Virus record (IMG/VR): IMGVR_UViG_3300012912_000001
Coordinates: 1 to 58,892 of that record
Length of the DNA stretch: 58,892 nt
Strand: one strand, 5' to 3'
Source of the DNA: a virus
Lineage: Duplodnaviria > Caudoviricetes
The notes below the pieces were generated by a model. It did no database searches, was not told the DNA's origin, and was given only the letters and a program-made list of their open reading frames with translations. Both the position numbers and the translations under genes were made by a program. Shown in pieces: positions 55,620-58,892 of this stretch (position 1 is its first letter; each line of letters starts with the position of its first letter).

Positions 55620-56042
55620 CCTCCTCCAAGATGGAGGAGCTCCTCGGCGCGAAGGAGGAGCTTGGCTTCTGGCGAGGCGTCCTGACGTATGGGTCACCAG
55701 GCCCAGACCTAACGCGCCAATGCAAGGACCGCTCCTCCGCATTGCGCCTCGAAATCGAGCAGCTCCGCAAGGAGCTCGGCCTGTGAGCAAGAGGGAGAAG
55801 TGCAAGCCGACGGAGAAGTCGGTCTTTTGGTGCCGAGAAGGACACGACGAACCGCTCCAGCTCATGGAGCGCCGGACGACCTTCGAGTACGAGGACATGA
55901 AGTGGGACGCCGAGGCCGATTGCTACACCGGCGTGCTGGCGTTCCCGTTTCCGACCATCAAGTGGCACATCATGGGATGGGAGTGCGGCGTCGCTGACCC
56001 GGTCTTCATCGGGCCGGAAGTTTTCCCGCCTACGGAGGAATC

Positions 56043-56252
56043 ATGACCGACTTCATAGCGCTCATCTCGAACGTGAGGCAGGCGATGGCCGTGGAGGGGC
56101 GTTGCCAGACGGCGTACAGCGACGCGGTGACCGCGGTGGACCGCGCCCGCAAGGCGATGGTGCGGGCGCACGAGGAGCTTAACGCGGCCACTCTGGCCAA
56201 GCAGACCGCCCAAGACGAACTCAACCTGGCTTTAGACGAGGCGCTGAAGTGA
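56043..56252 (+). CDS. Coiled-coil hypothetical protein
   Basis: RBS GGAGG. Confidence 0.5.
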   Translation: MTDFIALISNVRQAMAVEGRCQTAYSDAVTAVDRARKAMVRAHEELNAATLAKQTAQDELNLALDEALK

Positions 56253-56399
56253 CCGCACGCATCATGATTCCGGTCAAGGATATGACCGACGACGAGCTCC
56301 TTGCGGAGCTGAAGTACCTCATCCGGCTCGACGCACACGTGTCAAACCAGCTCGAGTTGGCAGAGGAGCTCCACGCCCGCCTCGTGGAGCTTCGCGCCA

Positions 56400-56659
56400 A
56401 CGATGGGAACGCTAGGTGCTGAGAGCCATGATTGACGCAGAACGCCGCGCCAAGGCAGCAAGGCTCCTCCGTGACACGGAGATCTCGTTCAACACGGCGC
56501 TCCATAGCATGGACGACGAGACTGAAGAGCTGGCCACGGCTGCGATGCGGGCCAGTTGGAGTCCTCCCGAGCGCACCGCGACGCAGGACGTTCGAATTGC
56601 CGCGGCACGTCTCATCGAGTCAGGCTGGAGCCCGACACGATGGGAACGCTAGGTGCTGA
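56400..56659 (+). repeat. 23-bp direct repeat ACGATGGGAACGCTAGGTGCTGA flanking one ORF (56428-56652)
   Basis: Copies at 56400-56422 and 56637-56659. Confidence 0.9.
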
Positions 56660-57432
56660 CATGACCGCGTCACAGCTCCTGGCGTCGTTTCTGCTCTCGG
56701 CGGCCGAGCTGCTCCGCTTCCGCGTAAGCAAGGCGTTCCCGGGCTCCGTTGTGCCGACGGTTCGCGTCATGAGCCAACTACGTCGCGCGTTGGACGCCGA
56801 GTGATTGCGACGGCATGCTCGTTCATGCTTGACACGGTTTTCTGAACCGTGCTCTCTGAGTGCTCGCTCTCCCCACCCTGCACTCCAGGTCGGGTCGCAG
56901 AGCGTCAGACCAGCCGGACGGCCCAGGGCCGGGAAGGAGCTGGCGGACTCTCTCTCTATCCCTTCACTTCGTTCGGGGCAGAGGCAGACGCACAGGCACC
57001 GGGGGGCGAGCAGACCAACGGCGCCGCAGCTGAGGGAGTTGGACGCGCGCGCCGAGGCTTATTGACTTTTGGTCAATAGCGCAGATGACGCCGTCATCCG
57101 TCTCGTCATCCGACGCTGCTTCGTCCCCCGTGGGGGTACTGGCGCTGCCTCGGAAACCAGGTGCCATCCTCCGCAGTAGGCGCATGCCTGGACGCGCGTG
57201 TTGACACGCCGGTCGTCCAGCGCTGCCTGCCTGGTGCCGTACCGCCACTTCCCGATGCAACCAGTCCGGGCGAAGGCGAGGGAGCGGGTCATTTCTGGTA
57301 CCGGTCCTCGCCCAGCGTGCCGAGCTCGTGGCGCTTTAGCCGCGGCTCCTGGAGCTCATGCGATGGAGCTGACATCTCCGAGAACAGCGCGTACAGCGCG
57401 CAGGCCAGCATGAAGAACTGGAGCATCATCTG

Positions 57433-57726
57433 TCACTCCTTGCCCGGCAGGGGTCGCCATCCGGCGTCCCACGCCGTCTTCTTCCACCCTCGAAGTACCG
57501 CCGGACGCGGCGGGAACACCCCCGACCATCCGCAGTGGTGACAGCGAGCGTCCGGGCACGGTGATTCGGCGGTACCGTGGTCATCGCCGCTCGAATCGTC
57601 CAGGCACTCGCAAATGAACCCCTGGCAGTCCCTGATGGACTGCCGCGAGCACGTGCGACACCCATCCTTCAGCTTGGCGCTCCCTTTGTTGGGGGTAGCG
57701 CTACATCGAGGACATGCCCAACTCAT
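57433..57726 (-). CDS. Cys-rich zinc-finger-like protein
   Basis: Multiple CxxC motifs. Confidence 0.5.
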   Translation of the reverse strand: MSWACPRCSATPNKGSAKLKDGCRTCSRQSIRDCQGFICECLDDSSGDDHGTAESPCPDARCHHCGWSGVFPPRPAVLRGWKKTAWDAGWRPLPGKE

Positions 57727-57932
57727 CCGATTGCCTCCTCTCCAGTTGCCAGGTTGACGATGCGCATCTCATACCCGTATCCGCCGATGCCAAGCGACGA
57801 CGACTCGAGCCGGCGCAGGGCATCCACGGCGCCATTCCAGCTTCCCGGCCCCGTGTGCAGGGCCGGCAGACCTGGGCCAAGCGTGACCATCACGCACCAC
57901 GCATTATTCTCGTCGATTTCAAACCTGCTCAT
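57723..57932 (-). CDS. Hypothetical protein
   Basis: RBS AAGGGG. Confidence 0.5.
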   Translation of the reverse strand: MSRFEIDENNAWCVMVTLGPGLPALHTGPGSWNGAVDALRRLESSSLGIGGYGYEMRIVNLATGEEAIG

Positions 57933-58077
57933 CGTCGCCCCTTGATTTCTCCGGACACTGACACCGGGGATTCATATGTCGGAATCCGACCCCACCATGG
58001 GGAACGTCGCATCGCATGCGCGACACGGCTAAACAGCCGGTCCTCAGGCGCACCGTCGAGATGGTCGAATATGCGAC

Positions 58078-58299
58078 TCACGACGCCATCTCCGCGATGA
58101 GGTTGCGGTGGACGCGCTTGAGCACCGCCTCCAAGTTGGAGCGCTGAGTGCGCGCCTCATACGAGAGCTGCCCGATACGCACGATGTACAGGCGCAGCAT
58201 ACCGGCCAGCAACGCCCACTGCGACGGGCGGCGCTGCGTGCCGAGCACCTTCCATGCCCCGGCCAGCAACCGCTCGACTTGTTCGGTGGTGATGTCCAT
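58078..58299 (-). CDS. Hypothetical protein, probably leaderless
   Basis: ATG 6 nt after the -10 TACCAT. Confidence 0.55.
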   Translation of the reverse strand: MDITTEQVERLLAGAWKVLGTQRRPSQWALLAGMLRLYIVRIGQLSYEARTQRSNLEAVLKRVHRNLIAEMAS

Positions 58300-58305
58300 G
58301 TTCTG

Positions 58306-58350
58306 ATGGTAGCAACGCCGGTTGACGTTGTCAACGTGAGATGCTAGGTT
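58306..58350. promoter_or_regulatory. Bidirectional promoter centred on one palindrome
   Basis: GTTGAC-GTT-GTCAAC (58321-58335). Plus: TTGACG-N17-TAGGTT. Minus: TTGACA-N17-TACCAT. Confidence 0.8.
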
Positions 58351-58356
58351 GAGGGC

Positions 58357-58743
58357 ATGGACATCATCATCCCGGACAGCCCCGACGAGGCCGGAGCGAT
58401 ATATGCCTTGCCGCCGGCCCTCATCTGCACGATCGAATCGGTCCTAAACGAGGAGGACGCCGAACAGGCGAGGCGCGACATCGCCGACTGGGACGCCCGC
58501 AGGGAGGCCTACGTCATCCTCCAGTGCATGGCGAATGACGTAGAGGTCGGGAGGGACACTGCCGCCTGTTGCGCGGCCGCGTATACGGAGTACTCCGAAG
58601 ATGCCGTTGACCTCGCCAGGGCCGCGGTGCGGTTCTGCATCGACCACGGGGTCCCGCCGGCCGAAGGACTGTGGGCAGACGACGAGCTGCGGGACATCTA
58701 CGCCGAGGCCTCGTCGCTCGTCATGACGGGGTGGCGCCCATGA
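58357..58743 (+). CDS. Acidic hypothetical protein, probably leaderless
   Basis: ATG 6 nt after the -10. Confidence 0.6.
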   Translation: MDIIIPDSPDEAGAIYALPPALICTIESVLNEEDAEQARRDIADWDARREAYVILQCMANDVEVGRDTAACCAAAYTEYSEDAVDLARAAVRFCIDHGVPPAEGLWADDELRDIYAEASSLVMTGWRP

Positions 58744-58769
58744 CGCCGGGCGAGTACAAGAGCGGCGAC

Positions 58770-58892
58770 CGCGTTCGGGTCGTCGAGGTCGACATGCGAT
58801 ACGAGCAGCCCATCCTGCAATCCAGGGTCGGCAGTGTCGCGCGCTTCATCGCCCAACTCCGCGGCCCCGAGGCGCAGCCGTTTTTCGTTCAG
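58770..58892. repeat. Terminal direct repeat (copy 2)
   Basis: Identical to 1-123. Confidence 0.95.

Noticed and set aside
56922-56945. Resemblance of CAGGGCCGGGAAGGAGC to SRP RNA helix 8
   Set aside because: The 3-bp stem around the tetraloop does not pair properly and the AGCAG motif is missing.
2167-58350. GTTGAC...GTCAAC copies as CRISPR repeats or IS ends
   Set aside because: They are dispersed, not arrayed, have no transposase nearby, and align with promoter geometry.

Overview
The window looks like a complete, circularly assembled genome (about 58.77 kb; 123-bp terminal overlap) of a high-GC tailed dsDNA phage, probably short-tailed (podovirus-like). A long minus-strand late block (about 18.1-51.6 kb) carries the terminase, portal, scaffold, major capsid, tailspike/fibre, tail-tubular-like and ejection-like proteins, GroES and a lysis cassette. 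Replication uses an initiator plus DnaB, and recombination a Sak4-like ATPase plus a PD-(D/E)XK exonuclease. Accessory genes include an Rnl1-like RNA ligase, MazG, a DUF6745-like pair and a PAPS reductase. I found no integrase, HTH repressor, reverse transcriptase or CRISPR array. Secreted and lipoprotein styles suggest a Myxococcota host (inference). Highlights: (1) three dispersed RiPP/lanthipeptide-precursor-like genes with a shared LxLx[RSL]x5L...GG leader and Cys/Thr-rich cores, but no maturation enzymes on the phage; (2) a type II hammerhead ribozyme directly in front of the RBS of one of them; (3) a genome-wide GTTGAC-N3-GTCAAC palindrome built into about 14 sigma70-like promoters driving apparently leaderless mRNAs, with three RHH candidate regulators; (4) a 1922-aa ejection-like protein containing ADP-ribosyltransferase and kinase-like domains; (5) a tRNA 3'-end-like element next to a GATC-rich foreign block. 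All calls are by eye; no database searches were run.
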